Source of the DNA: an uncultured Holophagales bacterium
GTDB lineage: Bacteria > Acidobacteriota > Thermoanaerobaculia > Multivoradales > UBA5704
Reading direction: 5' to 3'
Assembly (NCBI GenBank): GCA_963842525.1
Contig: CAWJGT010000009.1
Location: forward strand, 384,001 to 448,000
Length of the DNA stretch: 64,000 nt
Shown: positions 43,522 through 52,547 of the stretch, piece by piece
Layout: every line of letters starts with the position of its first letter
How positions within the stretch are numbered: position 1 is the first letter of the stretch
Position numbers and translations under genes: made by a program
Notes under the pieces: generated by a model
The model's input: the letters and a program-made list of their open reading frames with translations, nothing else
Told to the model about the DNA's origin: nothing
Databases searched by the model: none

Positions 43522-43782
43522 TCAGGAGCCGCACTGGATGGGCTTGCCCTGGGGATCGATGCAGGAACCGGTCGCGTTCCTGACCTCGATCCGCTGTGAC
43601 GGTCCGGCCGGGGAGCTCTTCGGCGCCAGGAGGCCGGCGAGCCAGGACAGCGCCGTATCGATCCAGGTCGCCTCGGACTCCTGGAAACGCTGGGCCCCAG
43701 GTCTGCTCGCCTCTGCCATCGGAGCGGCGAGAGCGGTGAGGAGGACGGCGACGACGAGAGCGCGAGAGATGGAACGGAGCAT
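43522..43782 (-). CDS. Secreted GxxIDPxG peptide precursor (86 aa)
   Basis: RBS AAGGAGG; signal ending MAEA; WIDTALSWLAGLL; TGSCIDPQGKPIQCGS*. Confidence 0.85.
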   Translation of the reverse strand: MLRSISRALVVAVLLTALAAPMAEASRPGAQRFQESEATWIDTALSWLAGLLAPKSSPAGPSQRIEVRNATGSCIDPQGKPIQCGS

Positions 43783-43873
43783 GTCAAATCCCTCCTTGAG
43801 GATCGAAACCGCAAGAGGCTTGCGGTACGAGATCGCTTCGCCAAGTCCACTAGAGGTGTGGCTCTTCGCCCTC

Positions 43874-43901
43874 AGTGCCTCACTTTCGAAAAACCGTGAC
43901 A
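43874..43901 (-). promoter_or_regulatory. Conserved bipartite promoter-like motif
   Basis: TGTCACGGTTT-N13-CACT, 92 bp upstream of ATG 43782. Confidence 0.7.
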
Positions 43902-44003
43902 TCCATACAAGGAAAAGAAAAGATGAGAATAGATAAATTGTCATATTTCGGGAGAGAGGCCGAGCCATGGCTTTGAACCATGGCTCGGCAGTTGGTGAAG
44001 CCG

Positions 44004-45311
44004 CTACATGCTGAGGGCGTTGCGGTTGGCCAAAGCCATGAGCTGGCTGTTGAGCGCGTGGATCCTCTCGAGAGCCTGCTGCTCATGGCCGGCCGCCTGC
44101 TGGAGCTGGAGGAGCGAGCCGAGGACCTCGCGCTCGACGCGCAGGGCGCTGAAGATCGGCACCGCTTCGGTCACGGTCCGCTTGAGGTCCTCGAAGCGGC
44201 CCATCCTGACGTAGACCGCAGCCAGGTCGAGGGAGACGAGAGCCACCTCCAGGGCAAGATCCTTTTCGAGGAAGCCCTGACGGGCCGCGAGCAGGGCCGA
44301 CTCGGCGGCCCGTAAATGCCCGAGGTCGCGCAGGATCTGGCCCTCCTGCCAGCCGGTCCGCAGGAGGATCATCGCCGCCTCGAACTGCTTGTACAGATCG
44401 CGCGTCTCGAAGTAGAGCGACTTGGCCTGTTCAGGCTGGCCCAGATCGATGTAGCACCGGATCAGGTTGTGGCAGGCAGCCAGCAAGAGCTGGGGGTTCT
44501 CCTCGGGATCGATCAGAGGGATCGCACGGTTGAGGAGGTGGACGGCTTTATCAATTCGACCGGCGTTGAGCAACGCGATCGCCTGTTGCACCATCGTACT
44601 GCCCAGGCGATGGCTCTCGCCGAGCTCGCGATAGATCAGCCCTGCTTCCTTGGCGATCTCGTCGGCCTTCTGGAATTGGCCCTGGAATGTGCGAAGAGAG
44701 GCAAGATGCTCCAAAAGTCGGGCGCGCAGCGTCGGATCCCCTGTCCCTGCCTTGAGGAAACCCTGCGCCGTTTCGAGAGCCTCCTCAGCCGTTCGCAACT
44801 CAGAACAGACCCGAAGGGCGTTCCCGTACTGTAACCAGCCACGCGCCCGCAGGTCGGCAACCAGCGCTGTGCTACCCGCCTTCTCCGCGGTGCAGGACTC
44901 GGCAGCGAGTCGCGCCAAGCCAGCGAGATACAGCATCCGCTGAGGATCCTCATAACGCTGCAAATGGCTGCGCTTGATGAGCTCGCGCACCACTTCGGGG
45001 TGGGCGAAGCGGCGGTCGCTGGTCACCAGTCGACGCTGTTCCTCTTCGGGACAAGAGGTCAGCTCGGCGACCAGGCTATCCACGGCGTGTTCCAGCGGAA
45101 GCTCGTGTGCGAGAACAGCATCGAGCCGTCTTTCGAGCGCGGCGAACGTCTGCGAGTAGTCGTAAGCCCGAGTCGCCAGTGTTTCCCTGCAGGTAGGACA
45201 GTCTGCGAGCAGATGGCGTATCACTCGTTCGAGCCTCAGCGCATCTCCGGCTTGAGGAACGCCTCGCAAGGATGTTTCAAAATCTACAGCGCTGGGATGT
45301 TCCTCTCTCAT
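44004..45311 (-). CDS. Zinc-motif + TPR-like protein (receptor 4)
   Basis: EHPS...HLLADCPTC; [12 protein letters not shown]; LLLAACHNL; [18 protein letters not shown]. Confidence 0.88.
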   Translation of the reverse strand: MREEHPSAVDFETSLRGVPQAGDALRLERVIRHLLADCPTCRETLATRAYDYSQTFAALERRLDAVLAHELPLEHAVDSLVAELTSCPEEEQRRLVTSDRRFAHPEVVRELIKRSHLQRYEDPQRMLYLAGLARLAAESCTAEKAGSTALVADLRARGWLQYGNALRVCSELRTAEEALETAQGFLKAGTGDPTLRARLLEHLASLRTFQGQFQKADEIAKEAGLIYRELGESHRLGSTMVQQAIALLNAGRIDKAVHLLNRAIPLIDPEENPQLLLAACHNLIRCYIDLGQPEQAKSLYFETRDLYKQFEAAMILLRTGWQEGQILRDLGHLRAAESALLAARQGFLEKDLALEVALVSLDLAAVYVRMGRFEDLKRTVTEAVPIFSALRVEREVLGSLLQLQQAAGHEQQALERIHALNSQLMALANRNALSM

Positions 45312-45386
45312 GATGCACCTCTTGAGCCATGCGGCCGGCGGCAACGCCGCCGGCCGGTGAGGCGACTTGGCTGAGCCGCCTCTGGA

Positions 45387-45662
45387 CTACGAACAGGGTC
45401 TTGGCTGACCCCAGGGGTCTATGCACGAACCGTAATATCCCTTCTTCTGCTTCACTGTGGCCGCCGATCCCGGCCCTTTCGTCGTGGGCCCCAAGTTCGC
45501 CCTGATCAACCAGCCGGCGACCGCCTGCAACAAGCTCGGTCCTGCTTTTGCCGCCGCGGCTTTGCCCTTGCTGGGCCCAGCCTGCACGCTCGGGACGGCG
45601 AAAACAGTGAAGCTGAAAACGACAGACGCTACAACCACAACCCGGAACATGGAACGCAACAT
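45387..45662 (-). CDS. Secreted GxxIDPxG peptide precursor (91 aa)
   Basis: RBS GGAGG; signal ending SVQA; LLQAVAGWL; Lys-rich linker; YGSCIDPWGQPRPCS*. Confidence 0.85.
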   Translation of the reverse strand: MLRSMFRVVVVASVVFSFTVFAVPSVQAGPSKGKAAAAKAGPSLLQAVAGWLIRANLGPTTKGPGSAATVKQKKGYYGSCIDPWGQPRPCS

Positions 45663-45765
45663 AAAAGAACCCTCCAACGGAAAAGCGGGAAGACACCACC
45701 ACGTCGGCTGTGCTGCCCGCGAAGTACCACCAGGAACTCCAAAGAAATCAGCGCTATACGACCAG

Positions 45766-45793
45766 AGTGTAGCCCCACGAGGAAAGCGGGACA
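45766..45793 (-). promoter_or_regulatory. Conserved bipartite promoter-like motif
   Basis: TGTCCCGCTTT-N13-CACT, 104 bp upstream of ATG 45662. Confidence 0.7.
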
Positions 45794-45840
45794 TCCGGGG
45801 ATGTCCCGCTGGAGACGGACGGCAGACGCCTTACTTCCGC

Positions 45841-47223
45841 CTACTTGTTGAGCGCCTGGCGGTTGCCGAGGGCCGCGAGGCGACTATTGAGCGCCTGAAT
45901 CCTCTCGAGAGTCTGCTGCTCATGGCCGGCTGTCTGCTGGAGTTGGAGGAGCGAGGCGAGAATTTCACGTTCGACGCGCAACGCTCGGAAGATCGGTACC
46001 GCCTCGGTGATCGTCCGCTGGAAGTCCTCCACCCGGCCCAGCCTCACATAGACCGCCGCCAGATCCAGGGAGACGCGCGCCACCTCGTAGGCAAGATCCC
46101 GGTCCAGGAAGCCCTGGCGCGCAGCACGCAGAGCCGACTCGGCCGCTCTCAGGTGTCCTAGATCCTGGAGCAGTAGCCCCTCCTGCCAGCCGGTTCGCAG
46201 AAGGATCGTCGTATCTTCATCGAAATCCTTGTAAAGGCTCCGGACCTCGAAATAGAGCGACAGGGCCTGCCCGGGCCGGTTCAGGTCGATATAACCCTGG
46301 ACCAGGTTGTGACAGGCGGCAAGCAGGAGGTGTGGGTTCTCCTCGGGTTGGATGCGTGGGATCGCCCAGTTGAGGATGTGGATTCCCCGCTTCGTATCCC
46401 CGGCGTAAAGGGCGGCAATGGCTTTGTGCAAAAGAGAGATCGCAAAGCTATGGCTATCGCCAAGCTCCCGGTAGATCCTCCCAGCCTCGTCGGCGAGGGT
46501 CATCGCTTCCACGAATTTGCGCTGGAATATACATAGAGAGGCCCTCTGTTCCAGGAGCCGTGCCCGCAGGGGTGGATCTCCTGTACCCGCCGCGCAGTAT
46601 CTCCGTGCTACGCAGAGCGCTTCCTCTGCTTCCTGCAATTGGCCGCTGACACGGAGCGAGTTCCCGAAATGGCCCCAGGCCTTGGTCCGCAAGTCAGCCA
46701 GTTTTGGCTCGCTCCCGGCAGTCTCAGGCTGGCAGGCATCTGCAGCAAGTTGCGCCAATCGTGCCAGGTGGAGCATCCTCTGCGGATTTTCATAGCGCAC
46801 GGCGTGGCTATGGTCCACGAGTTGCCGAACCACCTGGGGATGAGCGAACCGAAGATCGTTCGCAGCGAGCTCGCCCTGCTCTTCCTCGGGTCTCGGGAGG
46901 AGTGCGTTGAGCAATGCCTCCAGTGGTTCGGCCAGAGGCATCTCTGCGGCGAAGAATGCAGCGAGGCGATATTCTGCCCCGGCAAACGCGAAGCTATAAT
47001 CATGACCTACTTCATGAAAGAAGCGGTCATTGGCGACCGGTAACAGGAGCCTTTCCAGGCGGCCCTCATCCCATTTGAGCACGAGCAAATGCTTCCAGCA
47101 AAAGGCGCAACTGGCCAGCAAATGACGAACTAGCTCCGTAACGTGCGGAGCACCGCCGGACCGTGAGCCGTGCAGCAGAAAGTCGGTGAGCACCTCTTCC
47201 CGTGGATGATCCTGTTGCTCCAT
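45841..47223 (-). CDS. Zinc-motif + TPR-like protein (receptor 5)
   Basis: DHPR...HLLASCAFC; [12 protein letters not shown]; [11 protein letters not shown]; [18 protein letters not shown]. Confidence 0.88.
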   Translation of the reverse strand: MEQQDHPREEVLTDFLLHGSRSGGAPHVTELVRHLLASCAFCWKHLLVLKWDEGRLERLLLPVANDRFFHEVGHDYSFAFAGAEYRLAAFFAAEMPLAEPLEALLNALLPRPEEEQGELAANDLRFAHPQVVRQLVDHSHAVRYENPQRMLHLARLAQLAADACQPETAGSEPKLADLRTKAWGHFGNSLRVSGQLQEAEEALCVARRYCAAGTGDPPLRARLLEQRASLCIFQRKFVEAMTLADEAGRIYRELGDSHSFAISLLHKAIAALYAGDTKRGIHILNWAIPRIQPEENPHLLLAACHNLVQGYIDLNRPGQALSLYFEVRSLYKDFDEDTTILLRTGWQEGLLLQDLGHLRAAESALRAARQGFLDRDLAYEVARVSLDLAAVYVRLGRVEDFQRTITEAVPIFRALRVEREILASLLQLQQTAGHEQQTLERIQALNSRLAALGNRQALNK

Positions 47224-47290
47224 GGCAGCACCTCCCAAATTCAACGGCAGGGGAGGCGGCTGAGGTCTTGCAGCCGCCTCCCAGAGTTTT

Positions 47291-47563
47291 CTACATACAG
47301 GGCTTTGGACGTCCGAGCGGATCGATGCACGGCCCAGTCGACTTGCCCTTGGCCGTGGTCGACCTCGGTCCCTTGGGCTTCGGCTTCTGTACAGTGACGA
47401 GATTCCCGAGCCAGGAGAGGGCCGCCTGCAGGAGGCCCGGATCGGCCTTGGCAGCAGAGACGTTGGCCTTGCTGGGCTGCGCCTGCGCAGTGGGAACGGT
47501 GAAAACGGTGAGACTGAGAACGACGGACGCTACAACCACAACCCGAAACATGAAACGCAACAT
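47291..47563 (-). CDS. Secreted GxxIDPxG peptide precursor (90 aa)
   Basis: RBS AAGGAGG; signal ending TAQA; [12 protein letters not shown]; [15 protein letters not shown]. Confidence 0.87.
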   Translation of the reverse strand: MLRFMFRVVVVASVVLSLTVFTVPTAQAQPSKANVSAAKADPGLLQAALSWLGNLVTVQKPKPKGPRSTTAKGKSTGPCIDPLGRPKPCM

Positions 47564-47665
47564 ATGACATCCCTCCTTCAGAAAAAGCGGGCAGCCATGG
47601 CCAAGGCGGCCACGCCGCCCGCGGAATCACCAAAGCTCCAAAGAATGATCTGCTTCTGTATACAG

Positions 47666-47693
47666 AGTGTGACAGCCCGGAAAAAGCGGGACA
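47666..47693 (-). promoter_or_regulatory. Conserved bipartite promoter-like motif
   Basis: TGTCCCGCTTT-N13-CACT, 103 bp upstream of ATG 47563. Confidence 0.7.
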
Positions 47694-47821
47694 CTCGTGA
47701 TACCCGCAGAGAGGATTTACTTGTGGCGTATCCTATAGCGAAGCGGGGGATCGGCTCTCCTTCTGGAGTCGATCCCCCCGAGGGGCGCCCGGCGCAGTGT
47801 GTGCACCGCCTCAGGACGGCT

Positions 47822-48085
47822 TCAGGGACAGGGAATCGGTCTTCCCATTGGATCGATACACGGGCCGGTTGACCTGCTCTTGGGAATGGTCACCTTTGCC
47901 CCTTTCTGGCCCTGTCCGCTGGTCAAGTTGATCCAGCCGATAAGCTTTTGCAGTAAGCCAGGATCGGCCTTGGCCGTTGAGCTTGTGATTTTGCTGGGGC
48001 CTGCCTGCACAGTCGGGATGGCAAAAACGGTGAGACCGAGAACGACAGACAATACAACTGCAACCCGGAACATGAAACGAAACAT
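47822..48085 (-). CDS. Secreted GxxIDPxG peptide precursor (87 aa)
   Basis: RBS AAGGAGG; signal ending TVQA; LLQKLIGWI; [15 protein letters not shown]. Confidence 0.87.
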   Translation of the reverse strand: MFRFMFRVAVVLSVVLGLTVFAIPTVQAGPSKITSSTAKADPGLLQKLIGWINLTSGQGQKGAKVTIPKSRSTGPCIDPMGRPIPCP

Positions 48086-48186
48086 ATCAATCCCTCCTTA
48101 CTGAAAGCGAACAGCACAGTGTCGCGCCGCCCGCGAACAACCACCATAAGAAAAAGCTACAGAAAATAAATGCTGCTTATCATAGA

Positions 48187-48214
48187 AGTGCCACCCACAA
48201 GGTAAAGTGGGACA
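48187..48214 (-). promoter_or_regulatory. Conserved bipartite promoter-like motif
   Basis: TGTCCCACTTT-N13-CACT, 102 bp upstream of ATG 48085. Confidence 0.7.
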
Positions 48215-48533
48215 CTTCGCCGCACACGCTAAATATTGATGTTTGCGGCTAAATACAAAGATTTCAAGTAGAATATATTGAAGACTGCTGCCTGGTGGGC
48301 TCGAAAGCCTCTTTCGATTTATAGGCTGTTTGAAGGTCTGGGAAGTTTCTGTCCGGAGTGGAAAAGCGAAAAATAGGAACAAGCTCAGAAATTAGGAGGC
48401 CGCAGATTGGGCGGCAAATGAATCTGAGGCCGCCCCTTCCTGTAGAAATAGGGAACTCGATGAGTCCCGTATCGGGCTCGAGTACGGGCGATGCTGCGAG
48501 GCCGGCAGCCTTGCACCGCTCTGGAAGGACGTT

Positions 48534-49916
48534 CTATTTGTCGAGCGCGCCAGGGTCGGACAGAGCAGCAAGCTGGGTGTTGAGTGCGCTGATCAGCTCG
48601 AGCGCCTTCTGCTCCTGGTTGGCGGCCTGCTGGAGCTGGAGAAGCGAGGCGAGCGTTGCGTGTGGCACACGTAGGGCCCGGAAGATTGGCATCACTTCCG
48701 TGATTGTCCGCTGTAGTTCCTCCACCCGGCCCAAACGCACATAGACGGAGGCCAGGTCGAGAGAGACACGAGCCACCTCATAGGCGAGGCCTCGTTCCAT
48801 GAAGCCTCGGCGTGCCGCCCGCAGCGCCGATTCGGCGGCGCGCAAGTGTCCGAGATCCCGGAGCAGAGTGCCCTCCTGCCAGCCGGTACGCAGCAGGATA
48901 GTCGTGTCCTCCTCAAAGTCCCCGTAGAGGCTGCGGACCTCGAAATAGAGCGACAGCGCCAATTCGGGCTGTTCCAGATCGATGTAGCCCTGGACCAGGT
49001 TGTGACAGGCGGCGAGCAGGAGGTGCGGGTTTTCCTCAGGCTCGATCAATGGGATGGCCTGATTGAGGAGGAGGATTGCTCGCTTCGCATCACCGGCATA
49101 CTGAGCGGCCAGCGCCATCTGAACCATGGTGCTGCCCAGGCTGTGGTTATCACCAAGCTCTCGATAGATATCTCCCGCCTCCTTCGCCTGCGCGGTAGCC
49201 TCCTGAAAACGGCCTTGGAAGATACACAAGGAGGCAGTCTGTTCCAGGACTCGTGCGCGCACCACTGGATCCCTGGTGCCCGCAGCCAAGTACCGCTGTG
49301 CAGCCCGTAGCGCGTCCTCAGCCGGCGCCAATTGTCCAACGATTCTGAGCGAGTTGCCCAAGTACCCCCAAGCTCGGGCCTGAAGGTCGGCCAGCCGGAG
49401 CTCGCTTCCGGCTGTTTCCACATGACAGCGCTGCGCTGCCAACTGCGCCAGTCGAGCCAGATGGAGCATTTTCTTCGGATCTTCGTAGCGAACGGCGTGG
49501 GTCCGATTGGTGAGCTGCCGCACCACTTCGGGATGAGCGAACCGGGGATCGTCTGCAACAAGTTGGAGCTGCCCCTCTTCGGATGCTGCGAGCAGCTCAG
49601 CGATGAGTTCCTCCTGCGCTTGGCTCGGAGGTTGCTCCTCGGCGAAAAAGGCGCCTAAGCGGCGTTCCGCTCCGGCGAACGCAGCGCTGTAAGCCTGGTC
49701 TGCCGCTTGCGGGATGTATTCCGCGGCTGCAGAGAGTTGCAGGAGACGCTCCAGGCGCCGCCCACTCCACCCAAGGCAAAGGAGTTGTTCCCTGCAGGAG
49801 GCGCAGTCTGCCAGAAGATGCCGGATCAGGCGTGCTCTACGAGGGGAGGCCATGGTTTGAGTTCTCAGCAAAAAAGCCTTGAGCTCCGCTCTCGTCGGAT
49901 GATCTTGCTGCTTCAT
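48534..49916 (-). CDS. Zinc-motif + TPR-like protein (receptor 6)
   Basis: DHPT...HLLADCASC; [12 protein letters not shown]; [11 protein letters not shown]; [18 protein letters not shown]. Confidence 0.88.
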   Translation of the reverse strand: MKQQDHPTRAELKAFLLRTQTMASPRRARLIRHLLADCASCREQLLCLGWSGRRLERLLQLSAAAEYIPQAADQAYSAAFAGAERRLGAFFAEEQPPSQAQEELIAELLAASEEGQLQLVADDPRFAHPEVVRQLTNRTHAVRYEDPKKMLHLARLAQLAAQRCHVETAGSELRLADLQARAWGYLGNSLRIVGQLAPAEDALRAAQRYLAAGTRDPVVRARVLEQTASLCIFQGRFQEATAQAKEAGDIYRELGDNHSLGSTMVQMALAAQYAGDAKRAILLLNQAIPLIEPEENPHLLLAACHNLVQGYIDLEQPELALSLYFEVRSLYGDFEEDTTILLRTGWQEGTLLRDLGHLRAAESALRAARRGFMERGLAYEVARVSLDLASVYVRLGRVEELQRTITEVMPIFRALRVPHATLASLLQLQQAANQEQKALELISALNTQLAALSDPGALDK

Positions 49917-50005
49917 GGACGCCCTCCCAAGCTCTACGAAGCGGGGGGTCGACCGCGGTCGATCCCCCGGAGAGAGGTGGTGCGGTGTATGCCGCCCCGG
50001 GGTCT

Positions 50006-50272
50006 TTACGAATACCAACAGGGCCGCTCGCGGCCCATCGGATCGATGCACGGTCCGGTCGAGCTACTCTTGGCCGTCTGCTTCTGTCGTTTCGGCTTGT
50101 TCCCACCGGCCAGGCCCTTCATCCACGCCACGGCAGCCTGCAGCAAGCCGACATCGCTGCTGACCACGGGCTTGGCGCTGTTGGGACGGGCTTGAGCGCT
50201 GGGAACGGCGGCGATAGTAAAACCAAAGACCACGACAGCCACAACTACAACCCGAAACATGGAACGCAACAT
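50006..50272 (-). CDS. Secreted GxxIDPxG peptide precursor (88 aa)
   Basis: Signal ending SAQA; [12 protein letters not shown]; [17 protein letters not shown]. Confidence 0.87.
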   Translation of the reverse strand: MLRSMFRVVVVAVVVFGFTIAAVPSAQARPNSAKPVVSSDVGLLQAAVAWMKGLAGGNKPKRQKQTAKSSSTGPCIDPMGRERPCWYS

Positions 50273-50375
50273 AATTCATCCCCCTACGAAAAGCGGGCTG
50301 ACCCGACCACGGCGGCCGGACTGCCCGCGGATTACCGCCATCAAGAACTGCAAATGAGCGCTGCTTACCAGAGAA

Positions 50376-50403
50376 GGTGTGACACCCGGCGAAAAGCGGG
50401 ACA
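50376..50403 (-). promoter_or_regulatory. Conserved bipartite promoter-like motif
   Basis: TGTCCCGCTTT-N13-CACC, 104 bp upstream of ATG 50272. Confidence 0.7.
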
Positions 50404-50725
50404 CTTGAGCGACACGCCAGTGTTGCCGGGAAGAAAACGCTTTACTTTTACCTTCGCTGACCCCCTGCCGGTTCAATCCCGTCCTCGGCAGAGGACAATT
50501 CGAGACCGACCCAAAGGGGTGTGCCCTGCCTGCCGCGCGTTGCGATTTGCTCCAACCAGCTTGAATCAAAGGGCTTAGCGAGATGCATACCCGTCTATGC
50601 CGGAGGTGGCACACGTCTTGAGATAGGTGGTCGTGCGGCGACCCTGGATACGACCGGAGGCGCCGGATGAGTCGTCGAGCTCCGGGAACTCACCACCAAA
50701 GGGACGGCTCGAAAGGAGACGAGAG

Positions 50726-51109
50726 ATGTTCGGGATCAACAGACAACGAGTTTTCGTCGCCCTCACGCTGATGGTGTTCCTGTTCCTGGGCGCGATGTCC
50801 GCGCAGGCAGGTACCGACACCAAGGGCGCGGACCGCACCGTCAAGGGTGCTGTCGCGGGCGCCGCGGTCGGCACCATCACCCAGATGATCCGGGGCAGGG
50901 ACCAGGGCAAGGAGCTTCTGAAGGGCGCCGCGGTCGGCGCCGCCGCGGGTGCCGCGGTCGGTGCCTACAGTGACTACCGCCAGGAGCGGCGCGCCCGAGA
51001 GGATGACCGCCGGTACTACGACAACGGCCGGTATTACGACCGGTCCTACAGGGAGCCCCGTCCGGCCTCCCGCTACGACCGGGGCCGCCAGCACCGCCGT
51101 CACCGGTAG
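50726..51109 (+). CDS. Secreted glycine-zipper protein
   Basis: RBS AAGGAG; signal peptide; GAVAGAAVG..GAAVGAAAGAAVG; RYD-rich tail. Confidence 0.8.
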   Translation: MFGINRQRVFVALTLMVFLFLGAMSAQAGTDTKGADRTVKGAVAGAAVGTITQMIRGRDQGKELLKGAAVGAAAGAAVGAYSDYRQERRAREDDRRYYDNGRYYDRSYREPRPASRYDRGRQHRRHR

Positions 51110-51225
51110 GGTCTGGCACGGGCGCCTGGCACGGCGCTTGAAACAAACCAACGATGGATCGGGCCGCCAGGGTGCGTGGGCGAGAGAAAGGGCGGCCCGC
51201 GCCGTTTCCAAAAGGAGTCATCGCG

Positions 51226-51900
51226 ATGAGGACACAACGTATCTACACCATGGGAATTGCCGCGCTCCTCTCGCTCTCCCTGTTGGCGGGCTGCGCCACG
51301 ACCCGCGACCCGTACGTCACCAAGCGGGACCGCACGTGGAAGGGTGGAGCGATCGGCGCCGCGGCGGGTGCCGCCGGAGCCGTTCTGGCGGGGAAGCGCG
51401 AGGCCGACGAGATCCTGGCCGGCGCCGGCATCGGCGCCGTGGTCGGCGCGAGCATCGGAGCCTACATGGACGCCCAGCAGGAGAAGCTGGCGCGCATCCC
51501 TGGCACCACGGTCGAGCGGGTGGAAGAGGACACCCTCCTCCTCCACTTCGACAACGACGTCCTCTTCTCCGTGGACTCTGCCGTGGTCGACTCGGACGGT
51601 CGAACGACGCTGGGGCAGGTCGCTCAGGTGCTGGAGGACTACCCGAAGACCGCCGTCGTGGTCCAGGGCCACACCGACTCGACCGGCAGCGATCAGCACA
51701 ACGAAGAGCTGTCGGAGCGGCGGGCCGAGTCCGTACGCAATTACCTGGCCCGCGAGGGGGTCGATGGCGGCCGGATGACCTCGATCGGCTATGGCGAGGG
51801 ATATCCGGTGGCGAGCAACGACAGCGAGTCAGGCCGGCAGCAGAACCGCCGGGTGGATATCCTCCTCAAGGCCAAGGCCGGCCCGGTGCGCGGGCGGTAG
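51226..51900 (+). CDS. OmpA-family lipoprotein with glycine zipper (YiaD-like)
   Basis: Lipobox LAGC; GHTDSTG..N..LSERRA; NRRVDI. Confidence 0.92.
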   Translation: MRTQRIYTMGIAALLSLSLLAGCATTRDPYVTKRDRTWKGGAIGAAAGAAGAVLAGKREADEILAGAGIGAVVGASIGAYMDAQQEKLARIPGTTVERVEEDTLLLHFDNDVLFSVDSAVVDSDGRTTLGQVAQVLEDYPKTAVVVQGHTDSTGSDQHNEELSERRAESVRNYLAREGVDGGRMTSIGYGEGYPVASNDSESGRQQNRRVDILLKAKAGPVRGR

Positions 51901-51930
51901 GCACCTCTGTTCAACGGAGACGTCCCCATC

Positions 51931-51958
51931 GCGGCGGGCCGAAGCGCCCGCCGCTTTT
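51931..51958 (+). terminator. Rho-independent terminator
   Basis: GCGGCGGGC-cgaagc-GCCCGCCGC-TTTT after the OmpA gene. Confidence 0.75.
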
Positions 51959-52079
51959 CAATTCCGCCGTACCCTGGCGCAAAGCATTGCAGAAGAAGCG
52001 GGTTGGGAGAGTAGGATGAGGCCCGTCCGGCGATAGCGCAAGGACAGGTCGAAGAACCTACAAGCGAGGCGACCCGGAG

Positions 52080-52484
52080 ATGGCGGACGATCTGGCCCAG
52101 AGGCTGGCAAGGCTGCTCGAGACCTCCCTGCAGGACGCGGGGATCTCCCAGCGCCAGCTCGAGGAGCGTCTGGGGTGGGGCCCGGGGTCCGTGGGCCGGA
52201 TCCTCAAAGGGGAAGCGGAGTGCGAGCCCCGGCAGCTTCTCGAGATCCTCGGCGAGCTTGGCGAGGCGGAGAGATCCCGGCCGGGCCGGGCCGCCCGGAG
52301 GAAGGCGGGCACCACTTCCATGGCCGACGAGCTGCTGGAGAGGTCCAGGCTGCTCGGCTACCGCAGCCAGATTTCGCCGCCGGCGGAGATCCCGGAGCCG
52401 GCCGATCTGGAAGAGACGGTCCGCGCAGCGATCCGTCGAGCCTTTCCGGGTTTCCGGGAAGAGGAGGAGGATGAAAGCGGCTGA
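52080..52484 (+). CDS. XRE-like helix-turn-helix protein
   Basis: LETSLQDAGISQRQLEERLGWGPGSVGRILKG; similar to the HTH at 39755; convergent on a TPR gene. Confidence 0.78.
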   Translation: MADDLAQRLARLLETSLQDAGISQRQLEERLGWGPGSVGRILKGEAECEPRQLLEILGELGEAERSRPGRAARRKAGTTSMADELLERSRLLGYRSQISPPAEIPEPADLEETVRAAIRRAFPGFREEEEDESG

Positions 52485-52547
52485 TGGGCGCGCTGTTTGG
52501 CGATAAGCGCGCAGGCGCCGCCCAGGGGGGCGACGCCTGGTGGAGCA

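Noticed and set aside
40154-50403. RiPP biosynthetic cluster
   Set aside because: No radical SAM, YcaO, lanthipeptide, ATP-grasp or dedicated peptidase/transporter gene is adjacent, and precursors have Sec-type signals; modification in trans is not excluded
40154-50403. Toxin-immunity array
   Set aside because: The large partners look cytoplasmic and regulatory (zinc motif, TPR) and no toxic enzyme motif is visible; a bacteriocin-like role for the cationic amphipathic region cannot be fully excluded
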